The notes: generated by a model from the sequence alone, not told the origin. A stretch of DNA of 64,000 nucleotides from an uncultured Chitinophagaceae bacterium (GCA_963760045.1 CAVXBN010000022.1:136682-200681); one strand, 5' to 3'. Positions 12,253 through 24,000 are shown, counted from the stretch's first letter. Numbers and translations are program-made.

Positions 12253-13588
12253 ATGTCATACAAACCTCGCCTTACGTTCTGGCAGATTATCAACATGAAC
12301 GTTGGCTTCTTTGGAATCCAGTACAGCTTTGGTCTGCAGCAAACTGCCATTAATCCTTTGTACACATTCCTTCATGCAAATCCGGAACAATTACCCTTGT
12401 TGAACCTGGCAGGTCCCGATGACCGGCTTATTGATTCAGCCAATTATTGGCGCACTCAGCGACAACACATGGAGCCCACGCTGGGGCAGGCGAAAACCGT
12501 TCTTCCTGGTTGGAGCAATTTTTTGTAGTCTTTGTTTGTTTTTGTTTCCTTTCAGCACTGCCCTTTGGATGGCAGTGACGCTGCTATGGGTGCTAGATGC
12601 TGCCAACAATACAGCCATGGAACCTTACCGCGCTTTTGTAGCTGACAAACTTCCTGAAAGCCAGCACCCAACAGGCTTTTTAACGCAAAGTTTCTTCACA
12701 GGATTTGGTATTACCCTGGCAAACGTGAGCCTGTTTATCTTTCAACAATTTATTGGTGGCGAAACATCTGCGGGCATTCCCTACTGGGTGTTCGGGTCGT
12801 TCTTTGTTGGTGCCGTATGTTCTATTACTTCAGTAGTATGGAGTGTGAGCAAAACACCGGAAATTCCACCTACAGACGAAGAACTTGCCGAAATGCGGGC
12901 CAGTAACAGGGGCGTGCTCACTCCTTTTATAGAAATCTTTGGCGCCATCAAAGACATGCCGAAAATTATGAGACAACTCGGGTTGGTGTACCTCTTTCAA
13001 TGGTATGCCATGTTTTGCTACTGGCAGTATATTTCGCACAGTATCGCGGCTTCCGTGTATCACACTTCAGCGGAAGAAAACAAGATGCTGTATGAACAGG
13101 CAGCCGGGTGGACAGGGCTGGTAAATGGCTTTTATAATATCGTCACCTTTATCTCTGCATTTGGTCTTGTGTGGCTGGCAAAAAAATACAGTGCAAAATG
13201 GGTGCATGCCGTGTGCCTGGCAGCATCTGCAGTATCGCTGTTTATCCTCCCGCATATTGAAAACAAATACTTCCTGTTTGCCCCCATGATTGGCTTTGGT
13301 GTAGCCTGGGCTAGCATGATGGGTGTTCCTTATATCATGGTCATCAGCAGCATACCTAAAAAACGATATGGCGTGTATATGGGTATCATCAATATGATGA
13401 TTGTAGTACCAATGATTCTACAAACGCTGACGTTTGGTTTTATCTATAAACACTTTCTTGGCAGCAGCCCGCAGGGTGCCATCACTTTTGCCGGTGCGCT
13501 TCTGTTGCTGGCAGCATTGGCCACCACTATCATGAGCTATAAAAAACCAGCAGAAGAAGTTCAGAAAATGACAGTCGTAGTTCAATGA
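12253..13588 (+). CDS. MFS sugar transporter (maltose/sucrose, SLC45/GPH-like), frameshift near 12415
   Basis: NMNVGFFGIQYSFGLQ...LNLAGP|TGLLIQPIIGALSD.TW..RWGRRKPF, DAANNTAMEPYRAFVAD, GVYMGIINMMIVVP. Confidence 0.88.
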
Positions 13589-13689
13589 CAAACAGAATAA
13601 TCAACATAAATAAAGATGGTTGCTGCTATGCAAATGTGACTATCTGCATACTCAATTATTCAGCCATCTACAGAGTAAACTAATCCTCC

Positions 13690-15630
13690 ATGAACATCAA
13701 TGATTCGTATACTGCTATCGTATACAAACTGGCAGAAAAGAAAATATCACCCAATGGAAAACATGACGCTTTTTTCCGAAGGTTGTTACATCATGCGGCA
13801 GATCTCACCCATCTTTTCAACAGTATATATTACCATCATCCCCAACAGGAACAGGCGTTTCATCTCCTGGTCAATTCTATGATTGATGCTTACCTGGCAA
13901 GGTCTAAAAAACTGAAAGAACGGGACGCAGCAAAACCTGCTGACTGGTTTTTGAGCAACGAACTGGCTGGTATGAGCCTGTATGTAGACCGCTTTTGCGG
14001 CACTTTGAAAGACTTGCCTGAAAAGATTCCTTACCTGCAGAAAACCGGCGTGAACCTGCTGCACCTGATGCCTGTATTTGAAAGCCCGGCAGCGGAAAGT
14101 GATGGTGGCTATGCCGTATCGGATTTTCGAAGGGTAGATGAGCGTTTTGGTACAACAGAAGATTTGGTGCAGGCACAGCAGGCATTGCAAAAAGCAGATA
14201 TGTATTTGATGCTCGACATTGTGCTGAACCATACATCGCGCCAGCATGCATGGGCAAAAGCTGCCCGTGCAGGAGATCCTTTTTACCAGGATTTTTATTA
14301 TTTTTTTCCCGACCGCTACATGCCCGATCAGTATGACCAAAGCATGCCCGACATATTTCCGGAAAGCTCACCCGGCAATTTCAGCTATATCAAGGAATTA
14401 GATAAATGGGTCATGTCTGTGTTTCATCATTACCAATGGGATTTAAACTACCGCAATCCCATGGTGTTTGCAACCATGGCAGATACGATTTTTTATTATG
14501 CCAATCTTGGGGTGGACATTTTACGCATAGACGCCCCTGCTTTTATCTGGAAAGAACTGGGTACCACTTGTCAGAATTTGCCGCAGGCACACACACTTTT
14601 GCAGCTCATCAAGCAGTGCGTTCAGATAGCTACGCCGGGCATGGCAATATTGGGTGAAGCCATTGTGGCACCCAACGAAATCATGGAATATTTTGGCTCA
14701 GGACATTTTCTAGCCCGCGAGTGCGACTTTGCCTATAATGCCACGGACATGGCGCTGCAGTGGGATGCACTGGCTACCGGCGATACACGCGTGTTGCTGG
14801 CAGCGCAGCATGTGATACTCCGAAAACCCTATGGCACATCGTGGATCACCTATACACGCTGCCACGATGATATCGGGTTGGGCTTTGATGATTATATGAT
14901 AGAGCAGGCTGGCTTTCAGCCGTACCGGCACCGGCGCTACCTCAAAGATTATTATTCGGGTAAACAAGCGGACTCGCCGGCACGCGGCGCTCTTTTTTCG
15001 GTGAACGATAAAACAGGCGATGCCCGCATTAGCGGCTCACTTGCATCGCTGTGCGGACTTGAAAAAGCGATACAGGAAAACAATGAGGATGCAATCGGTG
15101 AAGCAGTAAACAAAATCATCCTGATGCAGGCTCACAGCTTCTTTATAGGCGGTATGCCCATGATATTTTACGGAGACGAACAAGGCTACCTCAACGATTA
15201 TAGCTACCTCGACGATAGTGCAAAAAGCTACGACAACCGGTGGATGCACCGGCCCATGATAGACTGGAACAAAAACAAGCGGGGTGAAGAGCATGGAACT
15301 ACAGAACATGCTGTGTATTCGGCTACGCAAAAGCTGCTACGCATCCGCAAACAACTCACTGTGATTGCTGATAAAAACAACATCACCTGGCTGTCGCCGC
15401 ATAATATACATGTGAGTGGATACCTGCGGGCTTGGGAAGAAAAAAGAGTGTATTGCCTATTCAATTTCAATAACCGCGATTCGTATGTTACGTGGTATGC
15501 TTTTAAAGAACACGGCATGGTGCCTGTGAAGCTCTATGATCATTGGAGCGAACATACGTTCCCCGTAGGTGATGATCATGATTTTCTTGTATTGAAACCT
15601 TACCAGTTTTGCATATTGGAACCAGCGTAA
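13690..15630 (+). CDS. GH13 subfamily 4 amylosucrase/sucrose hydrolase-like enzyme
   Basis: DGGYAVSD, RIDAPAFIWK (nucleophile), GEAIVAP (acid/base), RCHDDIG, DARISGSLASL and DNRWMHRP match the amylosucrase motif set. Confidence 0.85.
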   Translation: MNINDSYTAIVYKLAEKKISPNGKHDAFFRRLLHHAADLTHLFNSIYYHHPQQEQAFHLLVNSMIDAYLARSKKLKERDAAKPADWFLSNELAGMSLYVDRFCGTLKDLPEKIPYLQKTGVNLLHLMPVFESPAAESDGGYAVSDFRRVDERFGTTEDLVQAQQALQKADMYLMLDIVLNHTSRQHAWAKAARAGDPFYQDFYYFFPDRYMPDQYDQSMPDIFPESSPGNFSYIKELDKWVMSVFHHYQWDLNYRNPMVFATMADTIFYYANLGVDILRIDAPAFIWKELGTTCQNLPQAHTLLQLIKQCVQIATPGMAILGEAIVAPNEIMEYFGSGHFLARECDFAYNATDMALQWDALATGDTRVLLAAQHVILRKPYGTSWITYTRCHDDIGLGFDDYMIEQAGFQPYRHRRYLKDYYSGKQADSPARGALFSVNDKTGDARISGSLASLCGLEKAIQENNEDAIGEAVNKIILMQAHSFFIGGMPMIFYGDEQGYLNDYSYLDDSAKSYDNRWMHRPMIDWNKNKRGEEHGTTEHAVYSATQKLLRIRKQLTVIADKNNITWLSPHNIHVSGYLRAWEEKRVYCLFNFNNRDSYVTWYAFKEHGMVPVKLYDHWSEHTFPVGDDHDFLVLKPYQFCILEPA

Positions 15631-15652
15631 CACACCCAATAATTCCAGATAT

Positions 15653-15680
15653 AAACAGGCACCGTATGGGTGCCTGTTTT
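15653..15680. terminator. Bidirectional terminator between convergent genes
   Basis: AAACAGGCACC-GTATG-GGTGCCTGTTTT. Confidence 0.8.
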
Positions 15681-15739
15681 GTTTACAGTGTATCAATGGA
15701 AGAATAAGATGACAAGACTCCATTTCGTATTTACATTCC

Positions 15740-16831
15740 CTATTCGCCTGTATAATCTATATTGATCTTTGCATTGCTTTCCATATCGGAAGATAGCTCG
15801 AGTTCAAACTTTTGTTTGCCGGCAGTTATCCGCATGAGCGCAGTGTTGGGTGCTATTAACCCAAGATTGTCTGCAATCAATACAAATTCGTGGTGCCTGC
15901 TTTGCTGTGATGCTGCAATTGTAAACGTGATGGCTTTGTGCGTTAACGTTTGGTGGTCTGCAATCAGGATTCCATTGTGATAAACCGATACAACATCGCC
16001 GTCTATTTCTGCATTGTCATACAACTGGATTGTAATGACGGGCGACGCTACTTCATAGCTATGATACAGGTTTGTAACCCTTTGACTAAATGCTGCAGGT
16101 GTGCTGTCTTTGGGCGTAAGAGTATCATCTGTTTTCCGTTGTGTCTGAGCTGGCGTATTGATAACCTGTGCAGCTTTTTGAGTCTGCACTACGGCATTTG
16201 CCGTAACTTTCTTTTCTGTAATTTTTGCAATCGTAGCATCCTGGTGGGCAACTGCAGTTTTTGTGACTGACGAATCGAAAGCTTTGTTTGTTTTTTTACT
16301 ACTGATTGCTGCCTTATGTGTATCGGCAATAGGCAGATGAAACCATTTTGCCAGTTGTAATTTCTCCACTTCATTTAATGTACTTGTATCTTTCCGGAAG
16401 ATGGTGATGCCATTGCAGTCGTCGCCACAATCTTTTGTTGTCAGCTTTATTTCCACCTGGTTTGCGGTGATTGAAAAATCTGATCCGAAAGCACAGGAGG
16501 AGCAGTCTTTCCAGATGTTTCGCGTTCGCAGATCCCGTATATAAGTTTCAACATTGCGGCTGATGGTCATCTTGCTATTCGCAATCTTTCCCTCCAATAT
16601 CCTTTCCAACCTCACAGTTGTATCGTTTGGATACATATTGGCAAGCCTTGCAGTGAACAAATTTCCATTCATCTTCAATACTTCGAGCCTGATCTGGATA
16701 CGTTTTGTAATGGTGCCATTTGGAAAATAAGTTTCTCCCAACCACGATCCTGTAAACCAAGACAGGTTCTGAGCCGAAGCAGAAAACGGCAGTGCAAAGC
16801 AGGCTGCAATCAGCCATAGGTGAAGCTTCAT
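15740..16831 (-). CDS. Secreted hypothetical protein (N-terminal beta-rich domain, low-complexity linker, conserved C-terminal domain)
   Basis: Signal peptide MKLHLWLIAACFALPFSASA; four Cys; T/K/A-rich linker; C-terminal LYDNAEIDGD.VS...ADNLG.IAPNTA motif. Confidence 0.65.
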   Translation of the reverse strand: MKLHLWLIAACFALPFSASAQNLSWFTGSWLGETYFPNGTITKRIQIRLEVLKMNGNLFTARLANMYPNDTTVRLERILEGKIANSKMTISRNVETYIRDLRTRNIWKDCSSCAFGSDFSITANQVEIKLTTKDCGDDCNGITIFRKDTSTLNEVEKLQLAKWFHLPIADTHKAAISSKKTNKAFDSSVTKTAVAHQDATIAKITEKKVTANAVVQTQKAAQVINTPAQTQRKTDDTLTPKDSTPAAFSQRVTNLYHSYEVASPVITIQLYDNAEIDGDVVSVYHNGILIADHQTLTHKAITFTIAASQQSRHHEFVLIADNLGLIAPNTALMRITAGKQKFELELSSDMESNAKINIDYTGE

Positions 16832-16901
16832 AACAAGAAGTTTTGGCGTAGGGTAAAATAAAGAAATTTTCAACCGCAGCAAAACTTCACTCTCACTAAA
16901 T

Positions 16902-16934
16902 AAAAAACAGGCTGCATTGAGTGCAACCTGTTTT
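16902..16934 (-). terminator. Intrinsic terminator after GH32
   Basis: AAAAAACAGGCTGCA-TTGAG-TGCAACCTGTTTT. Confidence 0.7.
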
Positions 16935-16970
16935 AAAGTTTACGTAGTAGGAGTATAATTTACGATTTAA

Positions 16971-18500
16971 CTATTGCCAGATACTTTTCATCTTGCTCAC
17001 TTCCAGTGAACTGATAAACAATCCGTCTTTTGATTGCAAATGCAGTTTGTTCATTTTCCGGCTTGGGAAAAAAGTTTCTGTCATTGTTGTCAATCCATTG
17101 TCTGCAAACAATTCTACAGAGGCATCATCAATAATGAGAACAATATCGAGGTTGTCCTTCTGCGCAAAGCGGGGTGCTGTATGCTTTGCGGCAAATGTTT
17201 CTTTGAATGACGATTCACCTGCTTTTGTGCGGTCTATAAAATATTGTTTGCTGCTGCTTTCATAACCTATTACCAGTTCTTCCCCGGCTTCATTGGAAAA
17301 TGTAAAGGTAAAATCTTTAATCGTGTTTGCCTTTACCACCAGTTTTATTGGAGTTGTTACATTTTCTTCGTTGGGCAGAATAATATCAGATGCATCAAGG
17401 TCTGTTACAGTTGCAATAGAAGTCGTGATAGCGTCAAGTTCTTTTACAGGTGTGGATGTAACCAAATACTGGTTATTGATTTTTTCGAGTCCCAGTTCTC
17501 TTGGCACCGTCATCGCACTGCGCCATTTGGTGGTTGGCACCACCTGTGCATAATCCCAGTTGGTCATCCAGCCTAAGAATATTTTGCGGTCCCCCGTATT
17601 GCTCCACGTAATACCAGCATATTCATCGGGACCAAAGTCCAGCCATTTGGTAGTGGTGTCGTCGGGTGTAAACTGGTGTCCGTCAAAATCACCTGTAAAG
17701 TATTGCGTAGCCGAACCGCCATTGGGTCCGCCGGGATTGATGTTGACCACCAATACCCAAACTTTTTTGTCCTCGTAGTTCAATGTAAATAAATCGGGAC
17801 ATTCCCATACGCCACCATGTGCTCCCAGTTTTTCACCAAATTCACTTTCTTTCTTCCAGTCTTTCAGATTGGGAGAAGACCTAAAGGTGATGCGGTCTTT
17901 GGTAGCCAATGTCATGATCCACTTTTTGGTGGCTTCGTTCCAGCTTACTTTCGGATCGCGAAAATCGGTGATGCCGGGATTTTTTACCACCGGGTTGCCA
18001 CTGTATTTTATCCAGGTTTTACCATTGTCCAAACTATACGAAATGCTTTGCGTTTGGTAGGTATTTGTACCCGCTTTTTCGCCTTTAATATCGTGGCTGG
18101 TATAGATAGCCACCAGGGGCGCTTTACCATTTTTTCCAAAGCCTGAAGTATTATTGGAATCAAGCACAGCACTGCCGGAAAAAATATAACCAAGCTTGTC
18201 GGGGAAAATGGCAACAGGTTGTTCCTGCCAATGTACGAGATCTGTGCTGGTAGCGTGCCCCCAGTGCATTGGTCCCCAAACGCTGCTCTCGGGATGATAC
18301 TGAAAAAAGAGGTGGTATACACCATCATTGTAAACCATACCATTGGGATCGTTCATCCAGTTTTTCTTGGGAGAAAAATGGATCTGCGGGCGGTAGTTTT
18401 CATGATAATCTGCCGTATCGGTTTGCGCGAACAGCGCTGTGGCTGATGCTGCCAGGATCATTATGAACAAAAAGATTCTGATATAGTTTTTTGTAATCAT
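16971..18500 (-). CDS. GH32 beta-fructosidase/levanase with signal peptide
   Basis: WMNDPNG, MHWGHA, FSGS, FRDPKV, WECPD catalytic motifs; C-terminal beta-sandwich SVELF. Likely start MITKNY at 18500. Confidence 0.93.
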   Translation of the reverse strand: MITKNYIRIFLFIMILAASATALFAQTDTADYHENYRPQIHFSPKKNWMNDPNGMVYNDGVYHLFFQYHPESSVWGPMHWGHATSTDLVHWQEQPVAIFPDKLGYIFSGSAVLDSNNTSGFGKNGKAPLVAIYTSHDIKGEKAGTNTYQTQSISYSLDNGKTWIKYSGNPVVKNPGITDFRDPKVSWNEATKKWIMTLATKDRITFRSSPNLKDWKKESEFGEKLGAHGGVWECPDLFTLNYEDKKVWVLVVNINPGGPNGGSATQYFTGDFDGHQFTPDDTTTKWLDFGPDEYAGITWSNTGDRKIFLGWMTNWDYAQVVPTTKWRSAMTVPRELGLEKINNQYLVTSTPVKELDAITTSIATVTDLDASDIILPNEENVTTPIKLVVKANTIKDFTFTFSNEAGEELVIGYESSSKQYFIDRTKAGESSFKETFAAKHTAPRFAQKDNLDIVLIIDDASVELFADNGLTTMTETFFPSRKMNKLHLQSKDGLFISSLEVSKMKSIWQ

Positions 18501-18546
18501 GTTAGCAATTAAATGTGTAAAAAAAAGCCGTGTTGAGAGAAGAATC

Positions 18547-19041
18547 TTAAAGGTTCGAGATATCAGCAACCACTTCTTCCGGTTTGGTGACAAAAGGAAT
18601 TGTTTTCACCAGTTTCATGTCTTTGTTGTACATCACCACATATGGAAAACGCTGCACGTTGTAGAATTTCTGGACAATGAACGTATAACCTTCAGTGCCA
18701 ATTTTGAAATTTGGTTTAGATGAAACATGAAACAGTTCATCGAACTTTTTCACTTCGGCAATCGGTTCATAGCCAACCATTACAATCTGCGTTTTCTCCA
18801 GTTCTTTTCCGTGCTTTACCAGTTCTTTTGTAAAGTCTTTACAATGCTCGCAGGTAGGTGAAAAATAAATAAGAACTGTTGGCGTGTTTTTTTTCAGTTG
18901 TGAATAGGAATACGTTTTGCCATTCACGAGTGTTATTTTGAAAGGAGCAATCCCTGTTTTGGCGTTTTGCTGTGCAAAGGAGGATACAAAAAAGAAGAGA
19001 GTAACAACGGCAGCAATGAATTTTCTATACATCATGTTCAA
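18547..19041 (-). CDS. Exported thioredoxin-like (TlpA/redoxin) protein
   Basis: Signal peptide; YFSPTCEHC (CxxC at 18841-18852); YNVQRFP cis-Pro region. Confidence 0.85.
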   Translation of the reverse strand: MNMMYRKFIAAVVTLFFFVSSFAQQNAKTGIAPFKITLVNGKTYSYSQLKKNTPTVLIYFSPTCEHCKDFTKELVKHGKELEKTQIVMVGYEPIAEVKKFDELFHVSSKPNFKIGTEGYTFIVQKFYNVQRFPYVVMYNKDMKLVKTIPFVTKPEEVVADISNL

Positions 19042-19250
19042 TGGTTAAAACAAATACGATCTGCAATCTATAAGATTTCTGTTGCATAACAGAATTCCTA
19101 CAGACCCAAAAAATCGCGGAATGTTTAATACCCGCCTTTTCTTTACTCCATTCTGTTGCGTACTCCCATATTTCGTTTATAAAACGCTCTTGTCACCGCC
19201 ATCATTTTACTTACTGGTTACAGTATGTTTATCTGAAAAACAAACCATAG

Positions 19251-19295
19251 CCTGCCACTGAAGCAGAAGCACGGTGCTTTTGCATCAGTGGCAGG
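19251..19295 (-). terminator. Long stem-loop downstream of susD
   Basis: CCTGCCACTGA-AGCAGAAGCAC-GG-TGCTTTTGCA-TCAGTGGCAGG: about 20-bp stem followed on the minus strand by a T-rich tract. Confidence 0.7.
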
Positions 19296-19333
19296 TGGTC
19301 AATCACAATAATTAGTGTGCTGCCATTGCCCGG

Positions 19334-21043
19334 TTAGTTGTAACCCGGATTTTGCTTGTACAAACCATTGGTAAAAGTTATTTCAGATTGTGGAATCGGG
19401 AGATATTCATCCCTGCCTGCAGTGAACAGTGCAGTTGCGAGGAACGTTCTCCTGTTTTTCTCTACGTTGATGTATGCGTTCAGCACATCAGCCGCATCGC
19501 CCCATCTTACGAGGTCGAAAAAGCGTGCACCTTCTGTAGCGAATTCAAGGCGTCTTTCGAAGCGCATGGCTTTGCGGGCATATTCCTGTGTCCATCCGGC
19601 AGAAGTGTATTCTTTCACATTGTACCTTGTAGGAAATGTGCCATCAGCATTTTTTACTCTTTCGGTGCTGGCAGCGGCTCTCATACGCACCTGATTGATA
19701 AGTGGCAGTGCCATTTCCTGTTGTCCCAGTTCAATGTAAGCTTCTGCCTGCATCAGCAATACATCGTCGTAGCGGATGATGTCGTAGTTTTTAGCAATAC
19801 CCATAAACGGCCCGAGCTTGAAGTAGGAAGGACTGCTGGCAAGCAATTGGTTGCGCATGGTATGAAAATTACCATACACACCTGCATCGCGCACCCAGCT
19901 GTTGCTGAACGGCAATTCTGCATTGTACTTGTAGGGATGTCCTTCAATACCAACTGTATGGTCGAGGCGCACATCAAAGGTTTGCGTGTTAAGGTCGGCA
20001 ATGCCATTGTTGAAGTTGTCGAAATTGGGCAAACCGTTGGCATCGGTAGTGTATGCGTTCACCAGGTTTTGGCTCGCTGCATGAAAACCGCAACAGCCGT
20101 ATTGTGGCGCGCCATGTGGATAGTTCAATCCGTCTTCGAAATTGAGCCTGCCTGCCGTAGTTCCATCATTAATGGTAAACTGGATGGCAAATACAGACTC
20201 AGGTCCGTTTTCCGTTTCGGCCAGGAAATTGTCTGCGATGTCGGGGCTAAGCGAGTACCTGCCGGAAGCAATCACATCCTGCAGGAAAGTAACCACTTCC
20301 TGAAGCCTGCTTTGGTTGATGTTGGTCACGCTGTGCTGTTCATTTTGCTCATAAGCCTGGTAGAGTCTCACTTTAGCGAGATAGGCTTCTGCAGCATACT
20401 TGTTGGCACGCGCCAGTTCGGGCTGTGTTTCAGGAAGGTTTGATACCGCATACTGAAAGTCTTCTGCAATCTTATTCCATGCTGCATCGTTGCTTAAATC
20501 ATTGGAGGTTTGCAGAATGTCTTCCGGCGTAGCGTTTTCATCAAAAATGGGAATGTTCTTATACAACTGTTTCATTTTGAAATAGCTGTGCGCACGCAGG
20601 AATTTGAGTTCGGCTAACCGTGTAGTCTTTTGCGGAAAATCGGCATCGGATAGCGAGTTAACGGCACGTATGGCAACATTCGCCCTTGAAATTGATTTGA
20701 ATAAATTCTGCCAAGTACGTGTTACAAACGAGCCCATGGTTGGCGTTACGAGGTTGTAGTGTTCCAGCGCATCTACTTCGCCCACGTCACCGGTACCGCC
20801 GCCACCTTTGTAGGCGTCATCTGACCGTACACTTCCATAAGCCCAGTCGCTGTAAATGGGTCCAATCATATCTCCGTTTCCAATGGCTGCATAGGCAGCA
20901 GTCACAAGACCCTCCACGGCAGTAGGCGAGGTTAAATCTGCCGATGACAATACACCTTTGGGTGTATAATCCAATACTTTTTTGCACGAACCCAAAGCCA
21001 GCAGTCCGAATGCGAACAAAGCAATTGCTTTAATATTTTTCAT
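19334..21043 (-). CDS. susD: SusD/RagB family lipoprotein, fructan-PUL type
   Basis: Lipobox LGSC; RSDDAYKGG, FLRAHSYF, IRYDDVLLMQAEA, ERRLEFATEGARFFDLVRW, QNPGY; contains YGCCGFH. Confidence 0.93.
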   Translation of the reverse strand: MKNIKAIALFAFGLLALGSCKKVLDYTPKGVLSSADLTSPTAVEGLVTAAYAAIGNGDMIGPIYSDWAYGSVRSDDAYKGGGGTGDVGEVDALEHYNLVTPTMGSFVTRTWQNLFKSISRANVAIRAVNSLSDADFPQKTTRLAELKFLRAHSYFKMKQLYKNIPIFDENATPEDILQTSNDLSNDAAWNKIAEDFQYAVSNLPETQPELARANKYAAEAYLAKVRLYQAYEQNEQHSVTNINQSRLQEVVTFLQDVIASGRYSLSPDIADNFLAETENGPESVFAIQFTINDGTTAGRLNFEDGLNYPHGAPQYGCCGFHAASQNLVNAYTTDANGLPNFDNFNNGIADLNTQTFDVRLDHTVGIEGHPYKYNAELPFSNSWVRDAGVYGNFHTMRNQLLASSPSYFKLGPFMGIAKNYDIIRYDDVLLMQAEAYIELGQQEMALPLINQVRMRAAASTERVKNADGTFPTRYNVKEYTSAGWTQEYARKAMRFERRLEFATEGARFFDLVRWGDAADVLNAYINVEKNRRTFLATALFTAGRDEYLPIPQSEITFTNGLYKQNPGYN

Positions 21044-21063
21044 GTTCTGTAATTTTTATTTCG

Positions 21064-24000
21064 TTAGAAAGATGCATTTAGACCAATGGTGAACGTTTTT
21101 GGAATAGGCACCGGGTCCAGGTCAATTCTTTCAGGATCAGGACTCTGGTAGCTTTTGCTTTTTATCCAAAACAGGTTTTCAGCCATGGCAAAAAAGCGCA
21201 GCCTTGAAAAAACTGCTTTTGGAGTGATGCTATACCCCAACTGAATGTTGCGTAGTTTAAAGTAAGAAGTGCTTACAATAAAGTAATCTGAAGTACGTCC
21301 TTCGTTGTTATTGTCTTTCAGCGTCAGGGCAGGTGTATTGGTGTTGGTATTTTGTGGTGTCCATCCGTTGAACACGCCGGCACCTACGTTCTCACGGCTT
21401 CTCATCAGGTTGTTGAACACGGAATAAACATCAAATCCATCTCTGCCGGCAACACCGGAGCCAAACATGGCAAAGTCAAATTTCTTATAGGTCATATCTA
21501 TACGCAAGCCGTATTCCAGCTGCGGAAGCGTGGTGCCTATCCAGGTTCTGTCGTCATCATCTATCACGCCATCGTTGTTGGTGTCTACATAGCGTATCCT
21601 GCCGGGTCCTGCACCAATCTGTGTAGGCGCTTTGTCTACTTCGTCCTGCGATTGGAACAAGCCATCTGTTTTATATCCGAAGATGTCGAACTGAGAATGA
21701 CCGATAATCGTATTCACGAGATTGCCTGCATAAGCGGGGCGTACATTTTCAGGAAGGTCGGTAATTTTGTCCCTGAAGTGTGCCATGTTTGCCTTGATAT
21801 CGTAGGTAAAATCGCCTTTTCTTTCACCCTGGTAACCAATCACTAATTCCCAGCCTTTGTTCGATTTGGAAGCTCCGTTAACAGGTTTGGTTTGACCTTC
21901 GCCCAATGCAGAAGCGATGGGTGGCGTGATCAGGATGCCTGTCGTATTGCGTTCGAAGTAGTCAAACGAGCCATAAATTTTATTGTGAAGAATGCTAAAG
22001 TCTACACCTGCATTTATTTCCTCGGTGGTTTCCCATCTCAGACCGGGGTTAGCCGCCTGTGTCTGCACAAAGCCAGATGGCAATGTTCCGGTGTTGGCAC
22101 CTGTTAATGAATAAGCAGTACCAATATTCATGTATTGTTCCCAAAAGCCACCCTGCAATTGTGCCAGTGTTGTGCCATAGCGTGTGTTGAACAACTGGTA
22201 GCGCGATACGTCACCAATCTGCTGATTCCCCACGCGACCTACGCCTACTCTCAGTTTTAATTCAGAGAAAAGATCCTGCTTCTGCATAAATTCTTCCCTG
22301 TCTATTTTCCATCCAACGGATGCCGCCGGGAAAATACCATACTGGTTGTCTGCGCCAAAGCGTGATGAACCATCGCGGCGTACCGTTACGGCAGCGAGAT
22401 ATTTGTCTGCAAAATTATAATCTACCCTTGCAAACTGGGAAAAGAGTCGGTTGCCCGTTGGTAGCGCCGGAAACGTTGGTGTTGCCAGTACCGGCATTCA
22501 GCGTAAAATAGTCTTCTGTCTGAATGGCAAATCCTTCTTTTCTTGTATTCTGGAAATTCAAGGTCTGTTTTTACATACTCAGTACCCACCAAAAATTTAA
22601 ACTGGTGATCTGTTCCTAAATCCAGGTTGTAACGCGCGGTATTGGAAAAAGTCAGGCTTAAAAAATGGTTTTCGTCAAACATGAGGCTGTTGGTCGTGCG
22701 GCTGAGTGCGCCTTCCGTAAACGTCGGGCTGATCACTTTACTCAGGTAGTTATTATTATCTGCGCCGATAGTTGACCGGAAGTAAAGATTTTTTATAGGC
22801 TGTAGCTCGGCGAATACGCTGCCAAACGTGCTGAGGCGGTTGGCATTGTTCCAACGGGCGAGGTATTGCATGTGCAGCGGGTTGTTCCTGTCGGAGTAGC
22901 CTGCGCCCAGCTCACCGGCAAAGGTGGTTCCGTCTTTCTGATAAACCGGAATGGTGGGTGCAAGGGTTACTGCCAGGAAGGTAGTGGTAGCGCCACCGAT
23001 GTCTCTTGCCGTCAGCGTTTCGTTGGAGTTGGCAATATTCAGGTTCAGCCCAATGGTGAGCTTGTCGTTAAAACCACGCGTTATGGCATTGATACCACCG
23101 CTATACCTGCGATAACCAGTGTAACGCAGCATCCCGGTATTGTTGAAATAGCCAAAATTGAACTGTACAGAGGAATGTTTGTTCCCCACAGAAGCAGTCA
23201 GTGAATTGTTGGTCACAACGCCTGTTTTATACATCACATCCTGCCAGTCGGTATTACCGGCAGGTGTGTTGGGATCGCCACCTACAAAAGGTTGCAGCGA
23301 TACGCCGTTCAGAACCGGATTGTCGTAATTGCCGTTCCAGTCGAAGTTGTAAATTTCGCCATACCCTGCTGTAGGGTCCTGACGGTCGTTTACCGATGCC
23401 TGCCATAGTGCTCTGCCTCGTCAAGTGAGCTCAGCATTTTGAATCGCATTGCTTTTTCTGACTGTGCGGAAAACTGCTGTTGAACTGAAAGTCCACTTTA
23501 TTATTCGTGTTGCCACCGTTTTTTGTGGTTACGATGATAACGCCATTAGAAGCGCGTGAGCCATAAATAGATGCGGCTGAAGCGTCTTTTAATACCTGTA
23601 CAGAAGAGATGCTCGCAGGATTCAAGTTTTGAAATACTTCGGGACGCGTTGTAGGAATACCATCAATGATGTAAAGCGGATCAGTATTGCCCAAGGTATT
23701 GGCGCCACGAATCAGCACTCTGCCATTGGAGCCATTTGGCGAGCCGTCTTTTTCAATATACAGCCCTGCTACCCTGCCCTGCAATGCCTGCATGGTATTG
23801 CCGGAGGTATTGTTTTTTACCGCAGGCGTCATTTCTACAACCGCTACAGCACCCGTAAGGTCCTGCTTTCTTTGCGACGTATAGCCTACCACAACCACCT
23901 GGTTCAGGTTGGCACCGCCTTCTTCCATAACCAGGTCGAGGTTGGCGGATGATTCGGAGATTTGAACGGTGAGAGGATTCATGCCAATATACGTGAGCGT

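Noticed and set aside
19352-20443. Long antisense ORFs (this 363-aa one, also 1408..2220, 13786..14340, 29369..29941)
   Set aside because: They lie opposite well-supported genes and show no motifs; typical shadow frames.
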